From the NCBI GenBank assembly GCA_963744145.1, contig CAVUSO010000001.1, positions 5,632,001 through 5,696,000 on the forward strand: a stretch of 64,000 nt of DNA. Reading direction: 5' to 3'. This document shows positions 45,117-56,964 of this stretch, piece by piece; within the stretch, counting starts at the first letter, position 1; every line of letters starts with the position of its first letter. A program made the translations under genes and the position numbers. Under the pieces are notes generated by a model. The model saw only the letters and a list, made by a program, of their open reading frames with translations. It was not told where the DNA came from and made no database searches. The stretch is from an uncultured cyanobacterium (lineage in GTDB: Bacteria > Cyanobacteriota > Cyanobacteriia > Cyanobacteriales > CAWUOF01).

Positions 45117-46049
45117 ATGATGAAAAAAATTTATCTCTGGAGTTTCCTGAGCGTTATTTTTATTAGTTTAGCAGTTTGGGTATTTTTTCCCCGTCCCGTT
45201 CAACTACCATCAAAAACTGTACCCGTTTTTATCCCTCCCAAAAAATTGATTCAATTTAATTCCTATACTTTACCTAATCGGATTGTCTATGTTCTCCGAA
45301 TTCCTAATGCTAGACAATTTTTAATCACTACCGCAGTATCACAAACAGTAGATAGCTTAGAAACATTTGCTCAAACATATCCAGGAAAATTATTGCCGAA
45401 AAAAAAAGCGATCGCTGTGATCAATGGGGGTTTTTTTGATCCCAATAATCAACAATCTAATTCTTTTGTGATTCACCAAGGAAATATTATTGCCGATCCA
45501 CAATTAAATCAGGACATGATGACCAATCCTAATTTAACACCTTACTTAACAAAAATCCTCAACCGCACAGAATTTCGACGCTATCTTTGTGGAGAAACTA
45601 TTCGTTATGATATTGTGCCACATCAAGAACAGGTTCCCACTGCTTGTCGATTGATCGATGCGATCGGTGGTGGACCGAGTTTATTACCTCAACTAACTTT
45701 ACAGGAAGAAGGTTTTTTCGATCTAAACCATGGTCAAATCCTGCGTGATCCATTGGGAAATAATCAACCTAATGCTAGAACTGCGATCGGAATTGATGAT
45801 CAGAATAATCTTGTCTGGGTCATGGTAGGGCAAAAATCATCAGTTACTGCATCATCAGGTATAACTTTAACAGAGTTAGGAAATTTGATGACAACCATGG
45901 GAGTTAAAAAAGCGATGAACTTAGACGGAGGTAGTTCTTCATCTTTATACTACCAAGGCAAAACTTTTTATGGAAAAATCGATGAAAATGGTAATCCCAT
46001 TGGACGCTCGGTTAAATCAGTGATCATTTGTTTAGACAACGAGTCTTAA
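45117..46049 (+). CDS. Phosphodiester glycosidase (NAGPA-like) family protein
   Basis: INGGFF, GGGPSL, ARTAIG, NLDGGSS. Confidence 0.88.
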   Translation: MMKKIYLWSFLSVIFISLAVWVFFPRPVQLPSKTVPVFIPPKKLIQFNSYTLPNRIVYVLRIPNARQFLITTAVSQTVDSLETFAQTYPGKLLPKKKAIAVINGGFFDPNNQQSNSFVIHQGNIIADPQLNQDMMTNPNLTPYLTKILNRTEFRRYLCGETIRYDIVPHQEQVPTACRLIDAIGGGPSLLPQLTLQEEGFFDLNHGQILRDPLGNNQPNARTAIGIDDQNNLVWVMVGQKSSVTASSGITLTELGNLMTTMGVKKAMNLDGGSSSSLYYQGKTFYGKIDENGNPIGRSVKSVIICLDNES

Positions 46050-46072
46050 TCAAGTTCAGCAAGTTGATTAAT

Positions 46073-46196
46073 TAGACTTCTTGCAAAAATAATTAAAACA
46101 GGCAAGATGCCTGTCCCACAAGAGTCTTTTTTTGTTGTGGGACAGGCATCTTGCCTGTCCAATAAATCGATCAACATGACTTTTGCAAGAGGTCTA
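46073..46196. mobile_element. MITE (sibling at 52240-52362)
   Basis: Inverted ends TAGACTTCTTGCAAAA / TTTTGCAAGAGGTCTA; internal ACAGGCAAGATGCCTGT palindromes. Confidence 0.85.
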
Positions 46197-46206
46197 TTTA
46201 ATCGCA

Positions 46207-46872
46207 TTAATATTGGATTTTTTCAATTGGACCCAAAAAAGTTGGACGGGGATGAGTAATATGTACCTCCCAACAAGCTTTGAGCGTAGAAAAAGATTCT
46301 CGGAAAGAATAATATCTCATCGAACTGTCTGGATATTGTCCCCAATCAGCCATTCCCAAACCAACTACATTTATACCCAAATGCTCACAGGTATAAACAG
46401 CTCTAGGTAAATGATAACGCTGAGTCACCAAAACTGCTTGCTTGATGCCAAAAATCTCCTTGGCACGATAGCAACTTTCGTAGGTACTAAAACCAGCATA
46501 ATCTAAAACAATATTTCCAGCAGGTACTCCTCTTGCTTGAGCATATTGTGCCATTGCTTTGACCTCATTATAGTCCTCGCTACTATTGTCTCCAGTCATT
46601 AATAATTTCTTTACTCGTCCTAATTTATAGAGCCCGATCGCACCCTCGATCCGATCCGCTAACATTGGTGTGGGAGTACCATCTTCCCAGATCCCAGCAC
46701 CAAAGACAATCGCGATCGGTTGGAGCGGTACTTGAATTGGAGTATGATAGCAATGTCGATTTGTCGTAATTTTGACATAATAGTTTAGCCCTAGTAATAG
46801 CATGATCATGCCTATAAGTACCACCCAGAAAATTATCCTTCCGTAAAATATAAATTTTTGTTCCAGCATCAA
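46207..46872 (-). CDS. SanA/YdcF (DUF218) family protein
   Basis: IVFGAG, LADR, TGDN..YNE, DYAGFSTYES, TQRYHLPRA. Confidence 0.9.
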   Translation of the reverse strand: MMLEQKFIFYGRIIFWVVLIGMIMLLLGLNYYVKITTNRHCYHTPIQVPLQPIAIVFGAGIWEDGTPTPMLADRIEGAIGLYKLGRVKKLLMTGDNSSEDYNEVKAMAQYAQARGVPAGNIVLDYAGFSTYESCYRAKEIFGIKQAVLVTQRYHLPRAVYTCEHLGINVVGLGMADWGQYPDSSMRYYSFRESFSTLKACWEVHITHPRPTFLGPIEKIQY

Positions 46873-47295
46873 ATCTCATCTCACTCAAATAAGACACAAT
46901 TCTCTTCTAGTATAATCTGTAGCTTTGGGTTCATTGGACAAGGTTTAGGCAAATATCAAAATTATTATTTTCGCCTAAAAGCTTTATCGGACAAGGCTTT
47001 TAGCTGTTTCAATTATATTTCTTTTTGCCTATGAAGCCAATCAGATTGAGGAAATTCATCCAAATTTTAACTAAAAAACTCTTTTCTTTAAAAGAAAAAT
47101 ATCATAATTTTGGCATTCCTTTGATATGGCACAATAAAATTCTCTTGTCTTAGTTAGCGGTAGTGACTTTTAATTAGGAGGTGAATAAGATTTAAAAAGA
47201 TTGCAACATAAGTTAGTTTTTATCGTCTTATCTAGCGATCGCTAATCACCAAACCAAGTAAAAGTAAGATTGCTTACGCAGGGGTATCGTAAAGA

Positions 47296-48000
47296 ATGAA
47301 CATTCTGGCAACTTCTAGCAACAACTATAGCGACTCTTTAGCTCTTAGCAATACTGTCCAAGTTAAACAATTGCTGGAAACTAATCAATGTCAAGGGGGT
47401 GAATTGAGTGGAGCAAATTTGGTTCAATTTAATTTGAATGGTGCTAATTTGAATGGTGCTAAATTACTTTTGGCAAATTTGAATGGCACTCAATTGAAAG
47501 GAGCTAATTTAAGTGGTGCCGATCTCAGTTTTGCTAATTTAGTAGCAGTCGAATTAGGTCATGCAATTTTAAAAGGTGCTGCTGCTCAAGGAGTGAACTT
47601 ATTACAAGGTAAATTAAGAAATGCCAACTTAAGTGGAGCTGATTTAGGGTTTGCAAATTTAGTTCAGATCGATCTTAAAGGAGCAAATCTGGCTGGTGCA
47701 ATTCTCGATGGTGCTAATCTAATTGGAGCCCAATTAAGCGGTGCTAATTTAAGTGGTGCATACTTAGCTGGTGCTAATCTGGGTTATGCCCAACTCGAAG
47801 CAGCTAATTTATCCAATAGCGATTTAAGTAATACCCAATTAGTCGGGGCTAATCTGAGAAACGCTGATTTAAGAGGAGCTAACTTGAATGGAGCTAATTT
47901 GTTACACGCTAATCTTCAAGGAGCCAATCTAGCTGGAGCTGATATTGCTGAAGTTGCTCTGACCGAGGTGCAATATTTAGGTGCTGTTGGGATCGGCTAA
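47296..48000 (+). CDS. Pentapeptide-repeat protein
   Basis: Continuous ANLxG repeats. Confidence 0.92.
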   Translation: MNILATSSNNYSDSLALSNTVQVKQLLETNQCQGGELSGANLVQFNLNGANLNGAKLLLANLNGTQLKGANLSGADLSFANLVAVELGHAILKGAAAQGVNLLQGKLRNANLSGADLGFANLVQIDLKGANLAGAILDGANLIGAQLSGANLSGAYLAGANLGYAQLEAANLSNSDLSNTQLVGANLRNADLRGANLNGANLLHANLQGANLAGADIAEVALTEVQYLGAVGIG

Positions 48001-48022
48001 AATCTACCCAGGGTATTTTTGG

Positions 48023-49162
48023 TTAATTTTTCCACCCCACAGCTTCAGAAATTTTAGATAATCCCGATTCCTCTAATTTTTTAGTTAATCCCTGTAAAAT
48101 CTGATGAACGATCAATGGACCTTCATAAATTAATCCGGTATAAATTTCTAACAGACTAGCTCCTGCTGTAATCTTTTCCCAAGCGTCTTCAGCTGTAAAA
48201 ACCCCTCCAGTGCCAATAATCGGGATTTGTCCTTGAGTTTGTTGCCAAATAAAACGAATAATTTCCGTAGAACGTTGTTTCAAAGGAGTCCCACTAATCC
48301 CCCCTGCTTCTTCAGTAATCAGATTACCCGTCGCAGAAATTATCTGTGTTTTTAAACCATCTCGACGAATAGTAGTATTGGTGGCAATGATTCCAGCTAG
48401 CTGGTAGGTCATTGCCACTTTAATTACATCTCCGATCGCCTCCCATTCCAGATCAGGAGAAATTTTCACGAATATTGGTTTATTAGTCCGATTTTCTGCT
48501 TGTAAAACTTCTAAAATTGCACTGAGCATTGCCCCATCCTGAAGCGATCGCAATCCAGGAGTATTCGGTGATGATACATTCACGACAAAATAATCTCCCC
48601 AAGGCTGAAGCAATTTAAAACTAGCCAAATAGTCTTGTGCTGCTTCAGCTAAGGGTGTGATCTTAGATTTACCAATATTGATGCCGATCGGGATGGGTCG
48701 AGCCACCTCTGGCCAACGCTGGGCTAATTCTGTGGCCATCGCTGCACTGCCACGATTATTAAATCCCATCCGATTCAAAGCCCCATAATCTTTGGGCAAT
48801 CGAAACATCCGCGGACGAGGATTACCTGGTTGAGGATGGAAAGTACAAGTACCCAACTCGGCAAAACCAAACCCAAAACTTGCCCAAATCCCTGCTGCAT
48901 CGCCATTTTTATCAAAACCTGCTGCCAATCCCAGGGGATTTTTAAACTCTAATCCCCACAAAGTTTGGGTTAACCTAGAATCAACCACACTACAGGATTG
49001 CTCTAATTGGGACTGCACCCACCTGGCGACCGGACTGGTTGGCGATCGATCTAACCAACGCAAAAAATTAATCGTTTGTTGGTGTAACCATTCCGGATCA
49101 GTTGGGACTCCAGAGAGCAAAATCGGACGGACAAAGATTCGATAAAAATCCACTTTTCTCAA
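48023..49162 (-). CDS. pyrD: Quinone-dependent dihydroorotate dehydrogenase
   Basis: [39 protein letters not shown]. Confidence 0.97.
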   Translation of the reverse strand: MRKVDFYRIFVRPILLSGVPTDPEWLHQQTINFLRWLDRSPTSPVARWVQSQLEQSCSVVDSRLTQTLWGLEFKNPLGLAAGFDKNGDAAGIWASFGFGFAELGTCTFHPQPGNPRPRMFRLPKDYGALNRMGFNNRGSAAMATELAQRWPEVARPIPIGINIGKSKITPLAEAAQDYLASFKLLQPWGDYFVVNVSSPNTPGLRSLQDGAMLSAILEVLQAENRTNKPIFVKISPDLEWEAIGDVIKVAMTYQLAGIIATNTTIRRDGLKTQIISATGNLITEEAGGISGTPLKQRSTEIIRFIWQQTQGQIPIIGTGGVFTAEDAWEKITAGASLLEIYTGLIYEGPLIVHQILQGLTKKLEESGLSKISEAVGWKN

Positions 49163-49391
49163 AAAGTAATTATTAAACGATAATAAAAGGTAGTCAGGAC
49201 TGAAAATTCAAGTGTCTAACGAACTTTAGGGAAATAAAATTCATTCCTCCCGCATTATTACTCATTCTTGGACTCGGGAGCCAGAGCTTGGTAGATTTTC
49301 ATCTCCCAATTATTTATTGTCTATAATCTCTTCCCTATTAGACCTTAGCTATTAATACATACTAAAGATTAACTAACAAATTCTGATTAGC

Positions 49392-52229
49392 ATGGGTCAG
49401 CAGCAAAAATCGACGGCCTACGATAAACAACTCGTTGCCTTGGGGCGTGTTCTCCAGACCCTGAGGGAGGAGGAAAATGTTGATGTCTTAATCGAAACTA
49501 CTCTGAGTTATATTCAAGCCGAGTTTGAATATAGCTTAATTTGGATTGGTCTCTACGATCGCCTGGAACATAAATTATTAGGGAAAGGAGGTCGAACTCC
49601 CCAAGGTGATGCGCCCATCTTGCACCAGCGATTTATCCTCAACCCTGGAGATATTATGGAGCAAGTGGTAATTCAGCAAAGGGCTGTGGGAGTCCCAGAT
49701 TTGCGCGAAGAATCACGCGGAGGTGAATGGCGTAAGGCAGCTCAACAATTTAATATCCAAGGTACGATCATGTTTCCCATTCGCTACAAAGATCGTTGTT
49801 TTGGTGTGACTTTATTGGGCTCGACCTTGTGGGGAGTATCCCCCCGTTCCGAAGAAAAAGCCAGACTTAGCACTATTTTGGGCGGACTAGGTGCAGCTTT
49901 GTTTCAGATCGAAATGGAATGGCAAAGACAACTAGCCAAACGTCCCCATGAACCCTTGATCTCGTTGTTGGGTCAGTTGCGATCGCTCCCTACCCTCGAT
50001 CAATTTTTAGAGACCCTGGCGGAGGAAACTCACCAATTTGTCAAACCCACACGCACTAATATCTATTGGTTTGAACGGGAAAAACGTTATTTTTGGCGTC
50101 GAGCTAGCAATCGGGCCAAAGCCATTGGTTTGACTGATACCACCCAATCAGCGTCAGGAATTACCGTAGCCGATGTCAGTGGATTTTACCAAGCCTTAAT
50201 ATCCGATCAAGTAGTCTCGATCGGCGAAGCCCATAGTTCTTTAAAAGCTGATATTACTGGTCGTCTGATGCAATTAATTCGGGCGCGATCGCTTTTAGCT
50301 GCACCAATTAGCTTTAAAAACGAACTATTAGGTTTTTTAGCTGTAGAAGGTAACGAAGCCAGAATTTGGCAGGATGAAGAAAAAAAATATGTCCGAGGAG
50401 CAGCTCATTTAATTGCCCTCTTTGCCCCCCTAGCTGAACGAGATGATACGATTAAACAAATTAAATTAGACCAAGAATTAACGGCTGGGGTGACTCGTGC
50501 CATTTATACTGATGCTGACTGGAAAGCTACTTTAGACAAAACTGCCGAAAAGTTATGTACCCGTTTGGGAGCAGAAAGATTTGTCTTGTTAGCACATAAC
50601 CGAGATTTAGAACAATTTGAAATTATCCATCAGCGTCAACCTCCCAGCAAACGCCCTATTACTAATCCGTTTAATCTATTAAATGATTTAGATCGACAAT
50701 TGCTCGAACAGAGTCCCCAAGCAATTAGTATTGAAAGTTGGCCAGAAGATTTTAAGTGTGCCGCCTGGAAGGATAATTTTTTAGAGGTAGGTATCCGCTC
50801 AATTGTCTTGTGTAACACTGCGATTGGTCATTCTCTCACCGCAGTATTAATTGTTGGTCACGAAAAACCTCGCACTTGGAACCGAGCTGAGGAAGAACTT
50901 GTATGTATCGTCAGCCAGCAAATTGGGGTAATTTTGCGTCAGTGGCAACTAAATAATTATCAGAGCAAACAACAGGAACTATATAATTTAACTCTGAATG
51001 GATTAAATATCCTACACAAAGCTAAGAATATAGATCGGCTCGAACACTTAGCTACAGACAATATCGCTAAAATTACTAACTGTTCTCTGGCTAGTTTAAT
51101 CACTTGGTCACCAGCTCGTTTAATTGGTCGAGTTGTGGCACCTGTGGTGGCTCATCCCCAATTTGGTTTAAATACGACTATACCAATTCAAATTAGTCAA
51201 GATCCATTGATCACCTCAGCTTTGAACAATGAAGGAATGACTGGACCGATGAAAGTGAGTGGTCTTCCATCTCTCACTAGACAATGGTTATCTGGAGCTG
51301 GAATTGGTCAGGTATTAGTCATTCCCCTCCGGACAGTCCCTGAATATCAGTCCACTGCAATTATGTTGTTGGGTGATGTCAGCAAACGTCGTTGGTCTGA
51401 AGATGAACTATTGGCAATTCAAACTTTTGTCTATCAGTTAGCTTGGTCACGCCGTTATTTGATTTTAAGCCAAACTCTTCAGTCTGAGCGCGAAGAACTA
51501 GAACGACTGAATTGGTATAAACAAAGAAGAATTGAAGAACTTTATCGTTCTGTCACTGGAGGAGTGAAAAAGCTTGGAGAACTGAGTAATCAAAAAGATG
51601 CTCTGACTGGACTACGTTATCAGCAATTACTCCGGCAAATTAGTAATGTGTTAACCACAGTTACTCCTCTTTTAAAACATGAACAATGGCAACTTGTTCA
51701 TAATAATGAAATTATTTCTTTAGCTAGTTTACTCAGGCGATCGCTCGAACGAGTAGATCGTCTGATTAAACAACTGCGTCTCTGGGCTCAAATTCACCGG
51801 GAGGGAAATTTAAGTGTCAGAGGAGACATGATCAAACTGGAATTAGTGCTTTATGAAATCTTAACTATGGCTGCTCGTCGTTCTCCACCTGGGGGTAGAA
51901 TTGATATTTGGTGTCGTCCCATAGATAGTATTAATGCTGTCAGCAATAAACCCGAAGCTGATTCCTTACTGATTGTTGAGTCTTCCTCTCAGTTTTTAGA
52001 GATATCGATTACTGATAATGGTGGAATTGACTCCCGGTTACTGACTGAACTTAGAAGCGCTAATACCAGTGATTCCTTAGTTCCTTCCACTCTTGATCAT
52101 CCACCTGGTCTCCATCTGCTCATTTGTCAAAGATTAATGAAGCAGATGGGAGGTGATTTTGATCTTTACCAACTTGAAGATGGTCGGGTTGTCAGCCGTT
52201 TAATTATTCCCTTAGCCACGGAAACTTAA
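49392..52229 (+). CDS. Multi-GAF sensor with degenerate histidine-kinase-like C-terminus
   Basis: Several GAF repeats; C-terminal ITDNGG and GLHL..CQ..MGG HATPase-like motifs; no clear H-box. Confidence 0.75.
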   Translation: MGQQQKSTAYDKQLVALGRVLQTLREEENVDVLIETTLSYIQAEFEYSLIWIGLYDRLEHKLLGKGGRTPQGDAPILHQRFILNPGDIMEQVVIQQRAVGVPDLREESRGGEWRKAAQQFNIQGTIMFPIRYKDRCFGVTLLGSTLWGVSPRSEEKARLSTILGGLGAALFQIEMEWQRQLAKRPHEPLISLLGQLRSLPTLDQFLETLAEETHQFVKPTRTNIYWFEREKRYFWRRASNRAKAIGLTDTTQSASGITVADVSGFYQALISDQVVSIGEAHSSLKADITGRLMQLIRARSLLAAPISFKNELLGFLAVEGNEARIWQDEEKKYVRGAAHLIALFAPLAERDDTIKQIKLDQELTAGVTRAIYTDADWKATLDKTAEKLCTRLGAERFVLLAHNRDLEQFEIIHQRQPPSKRPITNPFNLLNDLDRQLLEQSPQAISIESWPEDFKCAAWKDNFLEVGIRSIVLCNTAIGHSLTAVLIVGHEKPRTWNRAEEELVCIVSQQIGVILRQWQLNNYQSKQQELYNLTLNGLNILHKAKNIDRLEHLATDNIAKITNCSLASLITWSPARLIGRVVAPVVAHPQFGLNTTIPIQISQDPLITSALNNEGMTGPMKVSGLPSLTRQWLSGAGIGQVLVIPLRTVPEYQSTAIMLLGDVSKRRWSEDELLAIQTFVYQLAWSRRYLILSQTLQSEREELERLNWYKQRRIEELYRSVTGGVKKLGELSNQKDALTGLRYQQLLRQISNVLTTVTPLLKHEQWQLVHNNEIISLASLLRRSLERVDRLIKQLRLWAQIHREGNLSVRGDMIKLELVLYEILTMAARRSPPGGRIDIWCRPIDSINAVSNKPEADSLLIVESSSQFLEISITDNGGIDSRLLTELRSANTSDSLVPSTLDHPPGLHLLICQRLMKQMGGDFDLYQLEDGRVVSRLIIPLATET

Positions 52230-52239
52230 ACTCATTCAT

Positions 52240-52362
52240 CAGATCTCTTGCAAAAATAAATAGGACAGGCAAGATGCCTGTCTCACAAAAGTGATTTTTC
52301 CAGTGGGACAGGCATCTTGCCTGTCAATAAATAGATCAATAAGGACTTTTGCAAGAAGTCTA
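52240..52362. mobile_element. MITE (sibling of 46073-46196)
   Basis: Same ends and internal palindromes; lies between convergent genes. Confidence 0.85.
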
Positions 52363-52369
52363 TCATTAA

Positions 52370-55153
52370 TTAAACTATCTCCGGTTGGACTGATGGCTGA
52401 ACTTGAGGTTGGAATTGGAATAAAGAGTAAACTACATTACGACGAATGTTAGTCATCATGTCTAAAAACAATTCATAACCTTCACTCTTGTATTCAATCA
52501 AAGGATCTTTCTGTCCATAACCTCGTAAACCTACAGCTTCTCTGAGCGCATCCATTTGTTGTAAGTGTTCGCGCCAAAGAATGTCAATCTGTTGTAAGAT
52601 AAAAAATCGTTCCGCTTGACGCATTAAACCTGGTTGAATTTGATCAACTTGCGATTCTTTCAAATCGTAAGCAATTCTAACTTGTTCATACAGGAAGGTA
52701 ATAATTTCTTCCATCGATAATTCTTCGAGTTGATTCGGTTCTAGATCTGCTAGTAGATAAACAAATTCTTTTACTTTACCCACTAAACTATCTAATTGCC
52801 ATTCTTCTGAAGGTAAGTCAGGATTAATGTATGCTTCAACAATATCATCCATGGTATCTTCAGCATATTTAATCACCATTTCTTTCAGATCTTGACCTTC
52901 TAAAACGCAACGTCGTTCTGCATAAATCGCCCGACGTTGGTTATTCATGACATCATCATACTCAAATACTTGTTTGCGGATGTCATAATAATAGGTTTCT
53001 ACTTTGCGTTGGGCACCTTCTAGGGAACGAGTCAACATTCCTGATTCGATCGGCATATCTTCTTCCACCCGGAAGAGATTCATCATATTAGCTACCCGAT
53101 CGCCCCCAAAGATCCGTAACAAGTTATCTTGCAAACTGAGGAAGAATTTGGTCGATCCCGGGTCACCTTGACGACCAGCTCGACCACGTAATTGGTTATC
53201 CACCCGACGGGATTCATGTCGTTCTGTCCCAATTACATATAATCCTCCCACTTGTACCACTTCGTCATGTTCACGAGTAGTAAATTGTTCGTAGAGCCGA
53301 CGGAGTTGGTTGTATACTTCCCGCAGTTTTTGGATCACTAGCTCATCAGTCGGTGCTTTTTCACAAGCGATCGCAATTTTTTCTTCTGCTTCTAGTTCCG
53401 GTAAACTCCTTTCTCCCCACTGTTTTACAGCAAAATCGACCGCTGATTTCAACATTTTTTCCAGATCGGAAGATAGGGAAGTCGGGAATATTTGGGTAGA
53501 TACTTTCCAACTTTTCACTTTTGTTTTGGGCTCGAAACCTTTAGGACTATTGATTTCTTTCGCTCCCGGGACATGGGTCACCCCAAAACGACTTTCATCT
53601 TCAGGCTGAACAATCCGGGGCATAAAGTATTCCCGTAACTTCAACCTCGCCATATAATCAGCATTACCACCTAAAATGATATCTGTCCCACGACCAGCCA
53701 TATTTGTCGCGATCGTGACTGCACCTTTACGACCAGCTTGGGCGATAATTTCTGATTCCCGTTCCACATTTTCTGGTTTAGCATTGAGCAGATTATGGGG
53801 AACACCATGCTCATCTAACAGTTTGGATAGGGTTTCGGAATTTTCAATGCTAGTCGTACCAACTAAAACCGGACGTCCTTTTTCATGTTGGTCAGCACAT
53901 TCGGCGGCGATCGCTTTCCATTTCGCGATTTCTGTTTTATAAACCACATCGGCTAAATCAACCCGACCTGATTTGCGGTTAGTGGGAATTGTGGTTACTT
54001 CTAACTTATAAATCTTTTCAAATTCAGCCTGTTCCGTTTTAGCCGTCCCCGTCATCCCCGACAACTTCGGATAAAGCAGAAATAGATTTTGATAAGTAAT
54101 TGTTGCTAGAGTTTGACTTTCTGGTTGAATCGATACTGCTTCCTTGGCTTCGATCGCCTGATGTAAGCCATCACTCCAACAACGTCCGGGCAGAACACGA
54201 CCTGTAAACTCGTCAACTATCACGATTTCATCATTGCGAACGATATAGTTGACATCTCGAATAAATAATTCTTTGGCTTTAATCGCATTAAAGATATAGT
54301 GAGCCCAAGGATCTTTAGGATCATATAGATCCGTGACCGACAATAATTCCTCAGCTTGAGCAAAGCCTTCATCAGTTAAAAGCACATTCCGGGCTTTTTC
54401 ATCAACTTCATAATGCTCTTCTTTGAGTAATTGGGCTGCTACCTCTGCCCCTCGAATATACTTTTCATCAGGTCGATCGATTTGACCAGAAATAATCAGC
54501 GGTGTTCTGGCTTCATCAATTAGGACTGAGTCTACTTCATCAACTACACAGAAATTAAAAGGACGTTGCACCACATCGGGCATGGCAGTGGCCATATTAT
54601 CCCGCAGATAATCAAACCCAACTTCGCTATTTGTGCCATAAGTAATATCACAGTCATAGCTCTTTTTGCGTTCGATCGGTCCCATGCCCTGTTGAATTAA
54701 CCCGACACTCAATCCCAGAAACCGATGTACCTGTCCCATCCATTCCGCATCGCGACGAGCTAGATAATCATTAACTGTAATGACATGGACTCCTTTACCA
54801 GTCAACGCATTTAAGTAAGAGGGTAAAGTTGCCACTAGGGTTTTGCCCTCACCAGTTTTCATTTCGGCAATTTGTCCGGTGTGAAGAATTATGCCACCGA
54901 GTAATTGCACTTCAAAATGTCGAAGATTTAATACCCTACGTCCAGCTTCCCGAACTACAGCAAAAGCTTCGGGGAGGATCTCATCAAGGGACTGCCCTTT
55001 CTCAATCCGTTGTTTAAACTCTGCTGTTTTGCTGATCAGCTCTGGATCGGAGAGCTTTTGCAGATCTTCTTCGTAGAGGTTAATGTCCACGACCAAGGGC
55101 TGATATTTCTTGAGCTTACGTGTATTCGGATCGCCGAGCAAAGTCTTAAGCAT
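52370..55153 (-). CDS. secA: Preprotein translocase ATPase SecA
   Basis: [51 protein letters not shown]. Confidence 0.99.
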   Translation of the reverse strand: MLKTLLGDPNTRKLKKYQPLVVDINLYEEDLQKLSDPELISKTAEFKQRIEKGQSLDEILPEAFAVVREAGRRVLNLRHFEVQLLGGIILHTGQIAEMKTGEGKTLVATLPSYLNALTGKGVHVITVNDYLARRDAEWMGQVHRFLGLSVGLIQQGMGPIERKKSYDCDITYGTNSEVGFDYLRDNMATAMPDVVQRPFNFCVVDEVDSVLIDEARTPLIISGQIDRPDEKYIRGAEVAAQLLKEEHYEVDEKARNVLLTDEGFAQAEELLSVTDLYDPKDPWAHYIFNAIKAKELFIRDVNYIVRNDEIVIVDEFTGRVLPGRCWSDGLHQAIEAKEAVSIQPESQTLATITYQNLFLLYPKLSGMTGTAKTEQAEFEKIYKLEVTTIPTNRKSGRVDLADVVYKTEIAKWKAIAAECADQHEKGRPVLVGTTSIENSETLSKLLDEHGVPHNLLNAKPENVERESEIIAQAGRKGAVTIATNMAGRGTDIILGGNADYMARLKLREYFMPRIVQPEDESRFGVTHVPGAKEINSPKGFEPKTKVKSWKVSTQIFPTSLSSDLEKMLKSAVDFAVKQWGERSLPELEAEEKIAIACEKAPTDELVIQKLREVYNQLRRLYEQFTTREHDEVVQVGGLYVIGTERHESRRVDNQLRGRAGRQGDPGSTKFFLSLQDNLLRIFGGDRVANMMNLFRVEEDMPIESGMLTRSLEGAQRKVETYYYDIRKQVFEYDDVMNNQRRAIYAERRCVLEGQDLKEMVIKYAEDTMDDIVEAYINPDLPSEEWQLDSLVGKVKEFVYLLADLEPNQLEELSMEEIITFLYEQVRIAYDLKESQVDQIQPGLMRQAERFFILQQIDILWREHLQQMDALREAVGLRGYGQKDPLIEYKSEGYELFLDMMTNIRRNVVYSLFQFQPQVQPSVQPEIV

Positions 55154-55364
55154 GGCTAGAGAAAGGGAATTGCATTAACAGGATTTTAAATTGCTGCCCT
55201 ATTTACCTAAAGGTAATCTAATAGGCAAATCAGCCTTAACTCTATTCAAGATTTGGCTGACTTAATCTTTATCCTATCATTGTGTTTAGAGCTAAAGAAA
55301 TATAGATTATTAGTTCGGGCAATAACTCAAGCAGATTTTTGAATATTCAGGATTTCGACCTGGT

Positions 55365-55928
55365 CTAAGACCCATTTGGAGGATTTTCCCATTCCGGGGT
55401 TAAGACTCGAAAATTGTATAGTCTGACCTTGGGGTGACAGCTAACACAAGTTGAGAGTGTAAGGGGTTTTGGCAATTGAACTTCGGGATGAAGGGCTTTA
55501 AAAAAGCGAGATTGAGCGATCCGATAAGCAAGTTCCTCATCTTTTCCTTGAGAACGGGAGTAGTTACGCAAATAAGCCCAAACCAATTGTAGAGGGGGAT
55601 CGACGAGTAATTTAATTTGAGTGCCATAATGTTGTGGGTCTAGGAGTAACCTTCTCCAAGTTTCGGTGGGTAAAACCGATGGTGGTATAGCGATATGACA
55701 CTGAGCGCAGTTTTCCAGGTAAGTTTCTTCTCCTAATGAAGCTTGGAATGGAATTCCTTCTAAATAATTCCCTGTTTCTGCTATTTGTGAGGGATGAGGG
55801 AGTTGTGGGCTGGGTGGGAAATTGTTTTGCGCTTGTGCTAATCCCACACCAATGCCAATACTCCACAATAAAATCAACAATAACAAAACTAGGGGTGAAC
55901 GTTTTTTTTGTCTAAGTAAATCAGACAT
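55365..55928 (-). CDS. Diheme cytochrome c family protein
   Basis: N-terminal TM/signal; CAQCH and CVSCH. Confidence 0.8.
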   Translation of the reverse strand: MSDLLRQKKRSPLVLLLLILLWSIGIGVGLAQAQNNFPPSPQLPHPSQIAETGNYLEGIPFQASLGEETYLENCAQCHIAIPPSVLPTETWRRLLLDPQHYGTQIKLLVDPPLQLVWAYLRNYSRSQGKDEELAYRIAQSRFFKALHPEVQLPKPLTLSTCVSCHPKVRLYNFRVLTPEWENPPNGS

Positions 55929-55982
55929 AAACTAAATTAAATATTTAAGTGTGGTAAGTTGGGTTAAAGGCATGGTGCCCAG

Positions 55983-56891
55983 TTAAGGGATAGGGATAGA
56001 GCGTAGTAATCTTTCTACGATCGCTTTCGCTTTGCGTCCTCCTGCGGGGATTAATCGGTGGGACAGAACGTGGGGTGCCATAAATTTAATATCATCTGGG
56101 ATAGCATAATCTCGACCAGCCAGAAAAGCAAGTGCTTGGGTAGAGCGTTGGAGTGCTACTGTCCCACGCGGACTAACTCCCAGAGTAATTTCTTCATCTT
56201 CACGAGTGGCACGAACGATATTAAGAATATATTGTTGCAATGATTTGTCTACTGTGACATTACTACACAGATGTCGTAATTCTTCGACTTCGGTTAAGGA
56301 AAGGCAAGGTTGCAGTTTTTCCACAGAAACTTCTGTAGGTATTCTTTGGAGCATTTGCATTTCTTCTAATTCGGTTGGATATCCCAAGGATAGAGATAAA
56401 GCGAAACGATCCATTTGCGCTTCGGGTAGAGGAAATGTCCCCTGATATTCGATCGGGTTTTGAGTAGCAATCACAAAAAAAGGACTGGGGACAAAGCGAG
56501 AAACTCCATCCACAGTGACTTGTCGCTCTTCCATTACTTCCAACAAAGCTGATTGAGTCCGGGGAGTGGCACGGTTAATTTCGTCAGCTAGTAAGATGTT
56601 GGCAAAAACTGGTCCGGGCAGAAATTGAAATTCGCCCAGACTCGGATTCCAAATATTGGTGCCAGTAATATCGCTGGGTAAAAGATCGGGGGTACATTGG
56701 ATGCGTTGAAATTTACCATCTAAGGAACGGGCTAAGGATTTGGCTAGTAGTGTTTTTCCTACTCCTGGTACATCTTCTAGCAGAGCATGACCACCGGAAA
56801 GTAAAGCAACTAAGACTAGACGGATCGCATCATTTTTACCAACGATGGTATGACCAAGATTTTGAGTTAGTTTTTCGACGCTTTGGTTCAT
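55983..56891 (-). CDS. MoxR-family AAA+ ATPase
   Basis: EDVPGVGKT, RIQCTPDLLPSD, DEINR, ATQNP. Confidence 0.95.
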   Translation of the reverse strand: MNQSVEKLTQNLGHTIVGKNDAIRLVLVALLSGGHALLEDVPGVGKTLLAKSLARSLDGKFQRIQCTPDLLPSDITGTNIWNPSLGEFQFLPGPVFANILLADEINRATPRTQSALLEVMEERQVTVDGVSRFVPSPFFVIATQNPIEYQGTFPLPEAQMDRFALSLSLGYPTELEEMQMLQRIPTEVSVEKLQPCLSLTEVEELRHLCSNVTVDKSLQQYILNIVRATREDEEITLGVSPRGTVALQRSTQALAFLAGRDYAIPDDIKFMAPHVLSHRLIPAGGRKAKAIVERLLRSIPIP

Positions 56892-56964
56892 TGTGGCTGA
56901 TGTACTCAGGAATAGTTGACCAAGAAGAGATGATTAGCCATGTCAAGAGAGGCAAAATTTGGGC

